A stretch of DNA of 64,000 nt from Mustelus asterias (GCF_964213995.1 NC_135805.1:144336001-144400000), one strand, 5' to 3'; positions 15,411-30,757 are shown, numbered from the stretch's first letter. A program made the numbers and translations. The notes: a model not told the origin generated them from the sequence alone.

Positions 15411-16309
15411 TGACTTATGAATAAGATTATTTTCCTGATTCTTCAGTTTCAGAAAGTGTAAGTGACTGTGGGATTTATTAGATAGATTTCAGTCTTAGCA
15501 GTTTTTATAACTAAGGGCTGCATTCTCAATCTGTAAGCCTCGAGTACGGTTTGCATATTTAGGAATCAATCTGTTTTTTTCCTTTGGTATGTTCTGGAAG
15601 GTTTTGTCCTTGAGGCAAGAATGTGAACGGCAAATTCATTTTGCAGCTATGATTCTCTGCTTATGGCTATAAGTATAGCTTTCAATCTGTATCTCTTTTG
15701 TCCTATGCAAGTATGGGTGTTTCTGAATTTTACTTTTATCTCGGGCACTGTATTGGAATTTATTCATTTAACATATTCATATATTTATATCAGTTTGACA
15801 GCATTTATAACATGGATTTGGTGTATGTTATAGTAATAGATTAATCTCAATAGCTGTATTTGAGTTGTGGAATGGTATTCACTTTGAAACTATATGAATA
15901 AAATGTGGCTGCATCAATCAGATCCATGGCCTCACATGTAATTCCTGCAGTAAAGGAATTGTTACTTTTCTTTCAATGTTTTGTAATGTGCTGGGACTTT
16001 TTAATGTTGGACTGGTATGCAACATGCAGCTTTGGCTGGATTCTTGGGTAATTTGTGCAGCTTCTTCCTGTAAGTTATACATTGTCCATTGTCGCTAAGA
16101 ATAGCTATTTGAATTCTGACCAATGTCACACAGGATATTTAAATCTGGCTTTTTTAAAAAATTCTATCATTGATGACTCCACCTCTCACCTGGTTAGAGG
16201 GAAATTTTGAAAAGTCACCCAATGGTGCTCTGTTTTACTCTTGGGAACAGTATTGGACTGAATAGTCATTTTCTTTGTTACATTGGGCCTGATGATCTGG
16301 CAGTACCTG

Positions 16310-16592
16310 AAGTAAAGTTTATTTATTACTCATTGTAAGGCTTACATTAACATCACATTGAAGTTACTGTGAAATTCCCTGAGTCACCACAGTCCAGCAC
16401 CTGTTCGGGTCAATTCACCAAACGAGCAAGTTTTTCAGAATGTGTGAGGAAACCAGTGGGCCAGAGGAAACCCACACAGACACGGGGAGAACATACAAAT
16501 TCCACACAGACAGTGAGCCAAGCAGGGAATCAAAACTGGGTTCCTGGCACTGTAAAGCAGTAGTGCTAACTACTGTGCTATCGTGCCACCCT
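16310..16592 (-). mobile_element. tRNA-derived SINE (alternative tail)
   Basis: Same structure as 12553-12782; absent from the paralogous site at about 37350. Confidence 0.78.
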
Positions 16593-17200
16593 GGTATTCT
16601 GTGTACTTTGTGAGTGATACTTTATCTACATTGTCGCAATTAGCTCAGCATATCAGCTGTTTATGTTCAGTCTTTTTAAATTGATATTATCATGTATCTA
16701 CCTCAATTACTGACTTAAGCACACATTAGGAGTATCCATTGCCTGGGTTTGCCCTCGATTTTCTTGTGTGTTTCAACCAATTACTACTTTAACTAACGAT
16801 CACTTTTAACTTTGAAATAATTTATTAATTTACAGGCCTATACTTTTGTTGCAGTAAAGTTTATTTTCAAGAAACAAACAGACTTTTGCATTGAAAACAC
16901 GTTTACGATAAAACTACTTTGATGTTCTTATTGTACAGTGACCTTCTTCAATGCTGGAAATATTTAATTAAATGCATTAGAAGTATTTAAAAAATGGGAC
17001 CACTGCAAAAGCCGGGAATCAAACTATGGTCAATGGCGTGGAAGGCAGCTCTTCTCACAGCTGTCTGATCATTGTACTTCACATTATGCTACGGACTCTG
17101 TATTTGTAAAAATGCTTCATACCCATGATCTTTAGAGGTTTAAATGTGATGAATATAATGATTTGCAACCAGTGGAATCTAATGATACGAGTTTCCTGTT

Positions 17201-18249
17201 TTTTTTTGTCAAAAATATACTTTACTCATAAATACTCTGAAATAAACCATTACAGAAATGACATTTCCAATCTTTACAAACAGTACAAAAAAAGTCATAT
17301 TTACGATTTCCTTAACTTCAATATTTTACAGTGCTCATTTCCAAGGCATTACATACATTATAATTCAGTTTTTCAACAACCTATATACATTCCTCACATT
17401 TCACTGTGTGCTGTTTTTACAGATTTGCACACAGTTCTACAGTCCCAAGGTTTTTTTTTTACAGTTACTGCCCTTCAATTTGCCTTGGTTAAAAGGCTTT
17501 CAGCAGTGGCCTTTCCCCATTGTGCATTTGCGGTGGCTGCCCCAAGCCTGAGAGCATCTCTCAGCACATAGTCCTGGACCTTGGAATGTGCCAGTCTGCA
17601 ACACTCGGTCGAGGACAAATCTTTGCACTGGAAGATCAACAAGGTTTGGGCGGACCAAAGAGTGTCCCTCACTGAGTTATGTCCCTCCAGCAGCAGTTGA
17701 TATTTGTCTTGGTGTGCATCCCTGGAAACCGACCATAGAGCACAGAGTCCTGTGTCACGGAGCTGATCAGGATGAACCTTGACAAATATCACTGCATCTC
17801 ACTCCAGACCTTCTTTGCAAAGGCACATTCCACAAGGAAGTGTGCAACCGTATCACCGTCCCCACAGCCACTTCGAGGGAAGTGTGCGGTGGTGTTGAGA
17901 CCTCGGGCATGCATGAAGGCTGTGACAGGAAGTGCCCTTCTCACCAGCAGCCAAGCCAGGTTTTGGTGCTTGTTTGAATGTTCTGGTCATGAGGCATTTT
18001 ACCAGATGACACTGACAGTCTGCTCAGGGAACCATCCGACAGGATCCACCATCTCATTTTCCCTCGGGGCCTCGAGGACATTATGTGCTGACCACTGCTT
18101 GCTTGCCATGTGGTCAAAGGTGTGTTTCTGGAAAAAAATTCTCCACGAAGGACAGGTGCTATGGTACGGTCTAACTACTTGGAATGTTCTGTGGCAGTGT
18201 GGCCAGACCCATCCTCCGCAACACTTGAGATAGGTAGAACCTGAAAGGT
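17201..18249 (-). mobile_element. Tx1/L1-clade LINE 3' fragment with 15-bp target duplication
   Basis: C-terminal remnant (HFLVECAFAKKVW...STECCRLAHSKVQDYVLRDAL), poly-T, and tacgagtttcctgtt at 17186-17200 and 18250-18264. Confidence 0.88.
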
Positions 18250-18325
18250 TACGAGTTTCCTGTTGCCTCGCTCAAAGTTAAAGTGTTTCTGAATATTTGC
18301 CTTGTTGTATGGCGCATTTTCAACC

Positions 18326-18480
18326 GTAAGAAGTCTAACAACGCCAGGTTAAAGTCCAACAGGTTTATTTGGTAGCAAATAAATTGCTAATTTGCTACCA
18401 AATAAACCTGTTGGACTTTAATCTGATGTTGGTAGACTTCTTACTGTGTTTACCCCAGTCCAACGCCAGCATCTCCACAT
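18326..18480. mobile_element. Penelope-terminus mini fold-back insertion with 11-bp target duplication
   Basis: Inverted arms; cattttcaacc at 18315-18325 and 18481-18491; empty site in the paralog at about 37987. Confidence 0.9.
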
Positions 18481-19734
18481 CATTTTCAACCAGCAGATGG
18501 CAACACTCCACAATAAACTGCCTGTAAACACCAAAAATGGGCCTGATGTTGCACTTGGAACTGGTGAAGATAACCTTTGCCAAGAGGCAAATGCAGTCAC
18601 CATCTAATTGTCCTCCATATAGCACTTCACAATGCTTTTATTTTCTGCAATTTCTGCAATGGGTAAGTGACTTCAGCTCTAAGTCACTGGGATTCATTTA
18701 TATAATTTGGCTCCCTAGGTCTGGCCTTTGATTCTCGACGTGTTGACTTTTGCTTTGTGAGTGAGTATAAGTTCAAAACTGTTGTGTGAATTTTCAGGAG
18801 TGTGAGTATGTTTCTTTTCCTCATGCTTTTTCTATCCGTTTCAGATGTGGACTGCTGTCAATAACTGATATGTGAGTGTGGGTCTTATCGGGAACGTTTC
18901 AGTTTTTAATAAAGGTATGTAACTGTTATCCTGGGTTTTGCACTCTCGGATGTGTGAGCATGTGTTTGAGTCTACCTCCCAGTTTCTAACATGTAAATGT
19001 TTGTATATATTAAAAGTATCCGTTTATTTTATTTCAGTGTCACATTCATTCTGTATCTATTAATATTTTGTAGGCAAATGGAGATTTACTTAGCTTCTAT
19101 CAGCAGTGTTATGCTGTTTGTGTTTATGTTTCATTAATTTCTATTATTGTGGAAAGGATTTTTCTCTTCAACTGTCAATTGCAACCTTAGAATTGACAGG
19201 TTTATCAATATAATCAACTTATCTTATGGTTGTATGGCTTCATGCTGTAACTATTCAGTCACATATGTATTGTTATTTTACCATTTTCCACATGAGAGTA
19301 TTGGCACTAACCTGTGTTGATCATATTCTGTTGTGTAAGTGTGAGTTTAATTAGCAGCTGACCCTTTCAGAAATGAGTGTTGCATTCACTCTACCTGCTC
19401 ATTTCTAGACTGTGGTACAAGTGTGATTGTTTGCATTGTTTATGTTGGCATTTGTTTGTGATACTCTGGATTTATTGTGAATATTCTACTCTGAAGTTCC
19501 AGTACAGGTATTAAACTGTGCCAGCTTGTTTCTGTTAGTGACATGTGTATTTTATTCTGCATGCAAATCAATGTTGGGCAAATTGTATGGTTAGCTGTTT
19601 TCTGGTCAGTATCCGATAAACTGAACAAGGTTTTTGGAGAGAATTAGTTGGTTTATGTTATGTGAATGCGGTTCAGATTTTGGCATGAAGGCTCTAATTA
19701 ATGCAAAAAATAATATTCATCAGTCAATGATGGC

Positions 19735-20700
19735 AATAGAACCATAGAACCATAGAACATTACAGCTCAGAAACAGGCCTTTTGGCCCTTCTTGTCTGTG
19801 CCGAACCATTTTATGCCTAGTCCCACTGACCTGCACTTGGACCATATCCCTCTCATCCATGAACCCGTCCAAGTTTTTCTTAAATGTTAAAAGTGACCCC
19901 GCATTTACCACTTTATCCGGCAGCTCATTCCACACTCCCACCACTCTCTGCGTGAAGAAGCCCCCCCTAATATTCCCTTTAAACTTTTCTCCTTTCACCC
20001 TTAACCCATGCCCTCTGGTTTTTTTCTCCCCTAGCCTCAGCGGAAAAAGCCTGCTTGCATTCACTCTATCTATACCCATCAAAATCTTATACACCTCTAT
20101 CAAATCTCCCCTCAATCTTCTACACTCCAGGGAATAAAGTTCCAACCTATTCAATCTCTCTCTGTAACTCAGCTTCTCAAGTCCCGGCAACATCCTTGTG
20201 AACCTTCTCTGCACTCTTTCAATCTTATTTACATCCTTCCTGTAACTAGGTGACCAAAACTGTACACAATACTCCAAATTCGGCCTCACCAATGCCTTTT
20301 ATAACCTTACCATAACACTCCAACTTTTATACTCGATACTCCGATTTATAAAGGCCAATGTACCAAGGCACTCTTTACGACCCTATCCACCTGTGACGTC
20401 ACTTTTAGGGAATTCTGTACCTGTATTCCCAGATCCCTCTGTTCAACTGCACTCTTCAGAGTCCTACCATTTACCCTGTACGTTCTTCTTTGGTTTGTCC
20501 TTCCAAAGTGCAATATCTCACACTTGTCTGCGTTAAATTCCATTTGCCATTTTTCAGCCCATTTTTCTAGTTGGTCCAAATCCCTCTGCAAGCTTTGAAA
20601 ACCTTCCTCACTGTCCACTACACCTCCAATCTTTGTTTCATCAGCAAACTTGCTGATCCAATTTACCACATTATCATCCAGATCATTGATATAGATGACA
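19735..20700 (-). mobile_element. CR1 LINE 3' fragment (young)
   Basis: RT motifs FADETK and VRPNLEYCVQFWSP; (catagaac)n tail; nearly identical to 41613-42580. Confidence 0.95.
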
Positions 20701-23334
20701 ATCTCAAGAAAAAGTGTCAATGCTGGAAATGCAAAGCATGACAGTCCAAACCTGTTGAGATAGAAACTAATTATTTCTGCCATTTACAGATGATATCAGA
20801 TCAGCTGAGTATTTCCAGCACATTATCTGTGTATATGTGTGTGTGTCTGTTTATACAGTGGGTTTGGGAGAACGTTTTTTTCTTCTACACTTTTTAAATA
20901 AGGTCAAGTGAATGTGGGATCCCTCTGTGTCCGCCAGTTTCCTTTATCTCACCGCATGTTTTGAACATTGTGTTTCTGTCTGAGAATTTTACTTTGGACA
21001 TTGTTAATTGCTGCTGTGCAACAATTTGATATATGGGTCATTGATTGAGTTTTATTCTGAATTTATCATTCCTGCAAGATGAATATGGCTGACATTCTGC
21101 AAACAATGTGCCTGATTAGGAGCTATGTGCTTTAATTTCACTGTGTGTTTCTGAAATGTAAAATGTTTCTGGTTTCTGGGTTCCATTCAGCGTTTTTAAC
21201 TCTGTGGCATGTAACTGCAATTGTATATTCTCTCTGTAAATGTCAGGATCATATATATTTCCACGAATTTGTCCTGTGTCCCTTGGGCAATGGTAAATGA
21301 ATGAGGATTTCATTATTGCTTGTCAATCACTGGTATGATATTGTTGGGGATTAATCTTTGCTTATTGGATTCTAGTATGTGAGTATTGCTTTTACTTCAT
21401 GTCTATAATTTTCTGGTTTACTGTAAACCTCTGATATTTGTGTGCAAAGTGCACTTTGTACCTTTCAATGTACTATGTGAGCATCCACCTTTCTCACCAG
21501 TGCCTCCCAATTCACTCCACGCATTTCAGTTGTATGTACATATTTATATGTTATCTACTGTAGCTAGCAAAGTGTGCTTTTGGACTACATTTATGCTTCT
21601 TATCTTGAGATGCTTGCTGTACCTGTTTTTATATTTATTTTGTGCAAGATGTGATTTGATTCTGCACTCTTTGTTGCTGCTATGTGTTGGTGGCTTAGTA
21701 TTGTGGACTGCCTGTCTACGTCCATGGGAATCTGGGTCCAGTCTGTATCTGTCAATCTCCTCTGCTGCATTCGTAGTGTTATTTCATTCTGTGTATTGTT
21801 CTCTTTATGGCATTGCTGTCAGTTTCCAGTACAGATTTTTACAAATTTTGTGCTGATCAATTTCTGCCAGGAGACCTTGTTTTCTCTGCCCATCATTCTG
21901 AATCATGCCCTGCTTACTTAGCTCTCTATCTCACAGTCACCATGTTACATGTTATATATTTTATTCTATGCCTTTTGTCTTGCCGGAAGGAAGAGTGATT
22001 GTGCTTCACAGCTCTTGTCTTTGAGCCTATTACTCTGCATGCATCGGTTTTTGCAATGTGTAAGTTTCCTAATGCCTGTACATGTCAAAGCTCTTTTTTC
22101 GGCAGAAGATGGTGTGTTGGTTTCTCTACCTGTCTGTTTATAACACCAAATGTAAGTTCTGAACTGTTGGATAAAATTTCATTTGTGTGAAAGTGATTCA
22201 TTTCTGCATTTATGACCTATCCATTTCTGACATGCAAATATGACTTTTGCACTATCCCTATCAGTTCCTGGTAATTGAGGGCTGGTGTTTCATTGTCCCT
22301 GTACATTTCTGGTTTTAAGTGTCTGTTTTGCTTTGAAACAGAGCCCTCTTTGTAGTGTTGTTTCTTTCTCACTCTCTGTGTCAGTTTCTGGCATGTGGGT
22401 GTGAGATTGATTTTGCACCTGTCAATAACTAATATGTGGATTTGATTAAAGTCAGCATTTGTCATTTACATGTTAGTGTGCAGCTTGTGAATATCAATGA
22501 GTCACTATCTTTCTCAGCGTCAGATGTGTGGCAATGTTTTTACACATGTTAATTTATTTTGTATGAGTGTCAACTTGCTTCTGTTATTAGATGCAGAATT
22601 AAGATGTGTTCTGTGTGTGTGTGTCTGTGCACGGTCTTGTGGTTGTGAGCTTGTTTCTTCCATTAATATCTGTTAACTATTGTTGGTGTATGGACATTGT
22701 CAGCAATCATCAATTCATTTCATGGTGGCATGGCTTTAGTCTGTACCTATGAAATTTTGAATCAAATGTTTCTGTTTAAAATTTCACACAAGAGCCTTGG
22801 CATAAGAATGCACGTGTCATTTTCTGAAATTTAAGTGTGAGTGTTCTCCATTTTAATATGCACTGGAAAGTTTTTAATACTTTTTTTTACTGCAGTCATC
22901 AATCTCTGCTCTATCCCCCTGTCTCTAATATGTGTTTGTGTGTTTTACATTGTAACTGCCTGCCTTTGTTCTGGGAACCTGTGTTTATTTTCCGTCAGAC
23001 TCTCTCTCCGAGGTGAGTGATGAAATTTTATTTTCTGTACATTTCAAAATCTGTTGAACAAGTTCCATATTAACTTTTTCTTGCTCTGATTTGGTATTCT
23101 GACAATTAGTGAAAAGAGTAAACTGATACATGGTGTATTGCTGAAAATGAAACAATATCAAAATTAAAGATAAAGTTTGTGATCCATGTAGTGGAATTTA
23201 ATGTGTTGCATTATGAGATGACCGGGTATAATTATTGTTTTTATTCTGTACATTTCAATCAGCTGCAGCTGATATTTCATTTGCAGCTGAAGATCTACTC
23301 TTGTGAGACAATTGGACTGCCTTTCAATGTGATT

Positions 23335-23545
23335 TGAAGAACGATTCATTCACCTGGAGGGTGGTAGGAGTCTGGAATACACTGCTTGGGAGGGTAGTAG
23401 AGGCGGGAAAGCTTAAACTTTAAAATGAACACTTGAATGTCATAATAGTCAAGTTTATGGGCCAAGGGTTGGAAACTAGGATTATTGCAGGTTAAATTTT
23501 ATTGGCTCAATGGACCAAAGGGCCACTTCTGTAAACTCTGACTAT
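23335..23545 (+). mobile_element. Old CR1 3' end fragment that predates the duplication
   Basis: CR1-like 3' end; also at 40890-41110 in copy 2. Confidence 0.6.
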
Positions 23546-24379
23546 GTGATAATGCTTGGGATTTTGCACTGACACACCTGCCTTCAGTGACACTGAACAG
23601 GAGTGAATTAGGGAACGTTTTCCACCTGTCCTTTTGTGTATGATTGTTGGATTGAACATGTTAACCTAGAAATTTCGATCAATGAAATTCTGACTATTTC
23701 TGATCTCTGTAACAATGGAACTGATACTCTGCCTGTGTCTCTGCACTCTAGGATTAATATTGTACCTACTGGCAGTTAGAAGTAGACGGGAACTTATTAT
23801 TCTTAGCTGAATTCGCACCTTGGAAATGATTTATTCATATGTTCACCTCGAGGAAGAAAACATATATCTTGTAACTCAACCTCAGTCGATGTCAATGAAA
23901 GAGTCAAATATATTTTGCAATTGATAATCAGTAAGAAATACGCGTTCGACAGATCACGACCAGCAATAAAAATGGTTTCTGATTCCACGACCCCCGACAC
24001 AACCTCTAGCCATCCGGTATTTCTGGTGCTTTGATAACATTTGACAACATTTAGAACTTACCCACACCAGTACCGCTCAGAGGATGTCACTACCCGGCGG
24101 TACAGGGAGATTTCCTTACATCTGATTACAATTTCCATTGCATTCACCATTTACTGAAACCAACAACCGCTGCTAACACGTTTCTTTCTCGTTTCTCAGT
24201 TGAATGAACTGGTGCCTCCGATCCGTGTCTGTTACAGGATTTTTCCCATCCTGACTGTCCCGCCTGTTTCCACCATTCACTGGGCAATGCCAACAAACAA
24301 GCTGAAACAGGAGCTGAACCCGGGTTCTACATCACAGGTTTGAGCAGAGAATACCCCGATCATTTTCAATAGCAGCTTA

Positions 24380-24745
24380 TTCACCTCCTGGCTCCCTCCA
24401 GCAGTGTGTCACACAACCCCAGCAATCACTGCCAAACACCTCCCCCGCGCCCCCCACGGCCCCCACCAACACCCCGCCACAGGTCCACTCCATTCCCGGA
24501 ACATGTTCCACCTTCGCTCTGCCTCTCACAAACAGCTCCCGAATCTCCCTGAACTTATCGCGGGTCAATGAATATCTCTGAGCTCCTCTGTTTCCACACT
24601 CACCAATGGATGTGCTGCTGGGATGTGAACGCTGTTTCCCCGCTGACCTGCGCCAAGACATTTTCATTTCAATCAGTTTCAAACAAAGAATTTCCGCTCA
24701 CTGAGGAAATGGGAGGAATGGGAGGGCTTCGCGCATGCGGTTCTC
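24380..24745 (-). promoter_or_regulatory. GC-rich promoter and first exon of the unidentified unit (copy 1)
   Basis: gcgcatgcg (NRF1-like) at 24731-24739, cggaaa, and donor G/GTGAGT at 24598-24603 on the minus strand; conserved in three copies. Confidence 0.55.
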
Positions 24746-24794
24746 TCCACAATCATTCTTTTGAACAAATCCAATTTGCTGAGCTATAATAAAG

Positions 24795-24985
24795 GCAAAA
24801 ATACAGCGGATGCTGCAATCTGAAACCACAACAGAAAATGCTGCAAAATTTCAGCAGGTCTGACAGCATCTGTGGAGAGGGAATAGAGCCAACGTTTTCA
24901 GTTAGGAAGAGGAAGGCTCCAAACATTCTCTCTCCACAGATGCTGTCAGACCTGCTGAGAAATTCCAGCACTTTCTGTTTTTGTT
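24795..24985. mobile_element. Fold-back repeat (second Penelope-type pLTR family)
   Basis: Inverted arms cagcaggtctgacagcatctgtggagag and ctctccacagatgctgtcagacctgctg; paralog at 49040-49290. Confidence 0.7.
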
Positions 24986-25054
24986 CCAATTTACTCAGTT
25001 CCCCCGTTTGATTTGCTCGCAGTTTGAGCAAAGGAAGTTGGATTGTGAGGGAAA

Positions 25055-25138
25055 CCATGATGTGGAGATGCCGGCGTTGGACTGGGGTAAGTACAGTAAG
25101 AAGTCTCACAAGAAGTCTGGTGTTGTGAGACTTCTTAC
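25055..25138. mobile_element. Penelope-terminus micro fold-back with 11-bp target duplication
   Basis: agtaagaagtctcaca...tgtgagacttcttact; tgtgagggaaa at 25044-25054 and 25139-25149. Confidence 0.85.
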
Positions 25139-25919
25139 TGTGAGGGAAAGGCAGAGAACGCTTCAAATTGCTGGATAATCCCTGTCTGAAAACTGAGATC
25201 ATTCCCTGCAATGTCTTTGCTGTTCATCAGCGCATCCTCACCGATACGAATCGGTGTGTTTGCTGTGATATCGTAGGAGTTAATATCTGATCAGAACAGT
25301 CCCAGATTAATTTAATCAGATTGAAAAACGTCAGCCACCGAACACCTATCGAACAATTTGATGGAAATATTCCAGATAATTCCAGAGATGTGGACGATGC
25401 GTTTCAGACATTATTGACCTAATCCTCTGACACATTCCAGGAGTTTTGGGATTAATCCAAAGTTCAGTAAGCCTGTTTTAGATCAAACTTAGAGTTTTAT
25501 ATTCTTCAATATTAAAATTCTCAACCGGTCGGGAAAGTTGTGCCGGAGTGGAGTAGGAGCTGGAATTGAAATGGGAGCAGTTTGACTCGCCATAGAAAGG
25601 ATTGCACTGAGACGGGAATGTCACTGACAAGTCTGGTTTGAATAGACGGGTTTCTAACTCGCTTGTATCTGATATTCAGTTTGTACGTTTTGTTCCTCGC
25701 GTTCTTTTCACTTCTGTTTGAATTTGAATCTAAAATGTCGGTTCGAGCCGGCAGGAGGAGGAGCTGGATGGTGAAAGACATTTCACTGCTCTGTCTGTCT
25801 CTCAGTCTCCTCCCCGCCCCGCCTCTCACTCTCTCTCTCTTTCTCAGTCAGGTCGGGGCGAGCTGTATAATAAAGGAAGCTGTATCAGCTCCTCTCACAT
25901 TCAGCAGCGATTTGACTGA

Positions 25920-26240
<321 letters not shown>

Positions 26241-26469
26241 TCAAATCCACCCAATTCTCACAAAACCCAAAGGCTCTTTTCAGAGCCGCCCACATCCTCA
26301 CCTTGAGAGCACTGACCTTGGTGAGTTGGCATATGCTTGTAATTTTCATCAATATTCATCATCTATTCTATAATTTATAATGTTTTAATCTTTAGGATGT
26401 GAGCCATTCCGCATTTGACCGTGTGTCTATCCCGCACAGACAATCTAAGCAACATTGCCGCTCGTTTCA

Positions 26470-26720
26470 GACATAGAATCCCCCTACAGTAAAGAAAGAC
26501 CATTCGAACCTTCGACCCATCGAGTCTGTACCGACTACAATCCCACAGAGGCCCTATCCCCGTTTTTACCCTGCTGATCCCCCCTGACAACTAGGGTTCA
26601 TTTTGTATGACCAATCAAACTACCCGGCATATTTTTGGACTGTGGGAGGAAACCCACGTCGGCACGGGTGGAATGTGCAACCTCTACACAGACAGTGACC
26701 CGAGGCCGGAATTGAAACTG
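26470..26720 (-). mobile_element. Degenerate HE1-type SINE
   Basis: catagaatcccctacagt...ggaggaaacccac...gacagtgacccgag; paralog at 48538-48775. Confidence 0.75.
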
Positions 26721-27869
26721 GTCTCCGATTCTCAATGTGTATCTGGTAGAAAGACACATACTGGCTGTGGGGTAGAAATAATAATGGATGGGATATGTAC
26801 ATGTTTGCAACTTCCTGTTAATCTTTTATTACCATTAAAACGTCTGGATATTTTAAACTGATGTATCATTTTAATCCATTTCTACACGAGGTCAGGAGAA
26901 ATTCATGTGTCTTCAACTGGTTAGAACTTATTTTTAACAATTCTTTAGAGTCCACAGAATCCCTACAGTGCACAGAGACGACTCTGCCAATGGAGTCTGT
27001 AACGATTCTCCAAACAGCATATTAGCCAGGCCTGCCCTTGTGGAACTGCTCTGCACTCAACATAATGTCGACTCCCCGAAGACCAGAATGCTTGTGTTCT
27101 GTATTCTGATCCGGTGTACCCTTTTGCTCTCGCTTCATAGAAATATTTTCCCTGTCTCTTCTTTTGCATTCTGCTCATGGCCCTTGAGAAGAGGACATTT
27201 ATATTTACCAGCCTTCATCGATGCTGCGAATTATATCATTCCAAGCAGCACGGATGTCGTGTACACTCAGTTATTCAAACGCAGATTCACAGTCACGCAT
27301 CAGAAAAGCGACCCTTTTGTCATCCCGCCATTTTGTCCCTGCTGTTTTCAGCTAATCCAATAATTAGGATATCAAACATCAACATTATGAATTTGTAACA
27401 AACACGGTTTATAAAAACAACCCCTCAACTCCAGTACATTAGAAAAATGAATAGCCCGTTTGTCCCTTTAACGTCTACACGGATTTGATATAAATAAACC
27501 CACAAACAAGATGAAGATTTTAAGTTTTATATTCTTTTTTCCACATATCACTTGGAGTTTTATCCCAGCTACTTATAGGTCTATCACGGAATGAATCTGA
27601 ATTTATTCCTGGTGCTAAGGCAGTGAGGAAACATTGAGATTTTTCCGTTTTTTTAAATTGAGACAATTCGCTTCAAAGTCGATTATCTTTCATTTCCGTT
27701 TCTTGTCCCTCAGAGATCGGCGGGCTTTTTGAAATTGAAGAATTGTCAGTTACAGTTCCGCCAATCAGGGCCCTGAAATCCACGTCGCCCAATCGCTCTT
27801 TTCAAACTTGTCCACGGGATGGGGCAGCATCCAGTCAGGAGCAGAGGGCGGTGACTACAATGTATATAA

Positions 27870-28319
<450 letters not shown>

Positions 28320-28584
28320 AAACCCACCTCACCCCCAATCCAACAAAGGCTCTTTTCAGAGCCACCAAGTCTGTCAGGAAAAGAGCTGCAGCGCGGATTA
28401 TATATCGGTGGCATAACTTTCTTTAATTTTGTGTCTTTCGCTGTTAACCTGCAATTGAGTTTAATTCCTTGTGTACCAACAGGCCCCTCATAGTAACCCC
28501 ACCCTTTCGCAGATAAGATTGGTAGATTAACAACGCAGGTCATTTTAGTGGAAAACAAGAGAAATTCTCACAAATTCGCTATTA

Positions 28585-29109
<525 letters not shown>

Positions 29110-29206
29110 TCACTTCTCTTATAGCTTGGGGAGGGATGGCGGCGCACACATTGCTGATTGGCTATCGGAAAAACCTAATGACGACACCTCCACAATGACC
29201 AATCAG

Positions 29207-29526
29207 CGCACGGTAGCACAGTGGTTAGCACTGCTGCTTCACAGCTCCAGGGATCTGGGTTCGATTCCCGCCTTGGGTCACTGTCTGTGTGGAGTCTGCA
29301 CATTCTCCTCGTGTATGCGTGGGTTTCCTCCGGGTGCTCCGGTTTCTTCCCACAGTCCAAAGATGTGCGGATTAGGTTGATTGGCCATGCTAAAATTGCC
29401 CTCAGTGTCCTGGGATGCGCAGGTTAGAGGGATTAGTGGGTAAATATGTCGGGATATGGGTGGGATTGTGGTCGGTGCAGACTTGATGGGCCGAATGGCC
29501 CCTCTCTGTGCTGTAGGGTTTCTAAG
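29207..29526 (+). mobile_element. HE1-type SINE inserted in the H2A promoter
   Basis: Splits ccaatcag/atatc, which is contiguous at about 4910 and 12160. Confidence 0.9.
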
Positions 29527-30741
29527 ATATCAGTTTAAAGCACCAATCGGGAAAGGACAGATGCTGAGGTAGGAACGTAAGGGCGCCAAGTTCTTAAATT
29601 CCAACCGATTCATGATTTCAAATGAGCGCCAAAAAACATAGAAAAGGGCTAGTAGGGATTTGTAAAATTAATACCTAATTCAGATTTCAGTTCAAAATTA
29701 GAATACAGTCCATTTATCTCAATCTACAATTTCCCTTTATCAATCAACTTCTGACTATATCTGAGATTTCTTTGTCACTGACAATAAGCCTAACATTAAT
29801 TGAAGTAACATTCTGCGGGAACTCTGAATAAAAAACAGAAAATGAGAGGGCGGAATGTCAGAAGCCACGTTTTCAAATTCCAACCGATTGTTTTTCACAT
29901 TTCAAAAGTAGTGCAAATAATAATCCAGCTTTTAATGTGTGATTTAAAAAGTCAGCCAAGCTCTCTTCCTCTCCTTCCGGATTGTGTGTGTCTGGTAAAT
30001 GAGGGTAGGGCAATAAGTGGAAAATAGCACCAAATTAGCAGAATCACGATTTTTTTTTCATTGAGCGTGTGAGACCGCCGATATGTGAGAAACAAGGAAA
30101 CCCTTCACCCAGAAAGACCGCCTAATGACAATGTTTAGAAATTACCGTCCATTATTTTACTGGTTCCTTTTACATCATAAGTCTCAGATTCGCTTTTACA
30201 AACCGGGATCCATTTGGGTGTAATCTCGGTCTTTTTTAAAACCCGCTTTCCTGGCAGCGAGAAGTCCCATTTCTGGTACTTTGGACAATAATGGCAATTT
30301 TGAAAGAAAAAACGTTGTATTTATAAAACAATATTCTAATACAGTTTCCGTGTTGTGGACTGCTGCCTACTGGCGCCGCTCAGAAGCAGACAGCAAATTT
30401 TGGTTTAAATTTGCCAGTATTGAGGTTGAGACTTCATAAAACATCGGGGTTAACAGGGAATGAAATGATCGGTTATAGAGACCAAACCGGAACAGAACTG
30501 GAATTGGAAACATTTGTTTTCTATTTGCTCTCTCTCCCTCAAGACAATGAAAGTGTCTGAATATGAACTCCTCTGAGAACAGGGGGTCAGTGGCCAGACA
30601 TTATTCATGGACAATAGTTAACAGGTTCCGCCAAACAGGCGAGAACGCTATCCAGACCTTTCGGATTGAAACGTTAAAAAGTCAATGTGAATAAAATAAT
30701 TCATAAAATTATGACATAGCTATCGCACAGAAGTTGTGGGT

Positions 30742-30757
30742 GGCTCTTAGAAGAACC
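30742..30757 (-). terminator. Histone 3' stem-loop of the H2B pseudogene
   Basis: Reverse complement ggttcttctaagagcc-accca. Confidence 0.8.

Larger units (their letters stand above)
12900..24780 (-). repeat. Segmental duplication: AT-rich unit, copy 1
   Basis: Collinear with 33620-46560 (direct) and 49260-64000 (inverted), e.g. 13740-14000, 33640-33930 and the reverse complement of 63430-63720. Confidence 0.9.

Noticed and set aside
21386-21856. Membrane-protein-like ORFs on the T-rich strand (also 39037-39495)
   Set aside because: Compositional artefact of the T skew; the peptides are not cleanly conserved between copies
12900-24780. Flamenco-like piRNA cluster or endogenous DNA virus as the identity of the unit
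   Set aside because: TEs are not antisense-biased and no viral or transposase motifs were seen; cannot be fully excluded without small-RNA data or database searches
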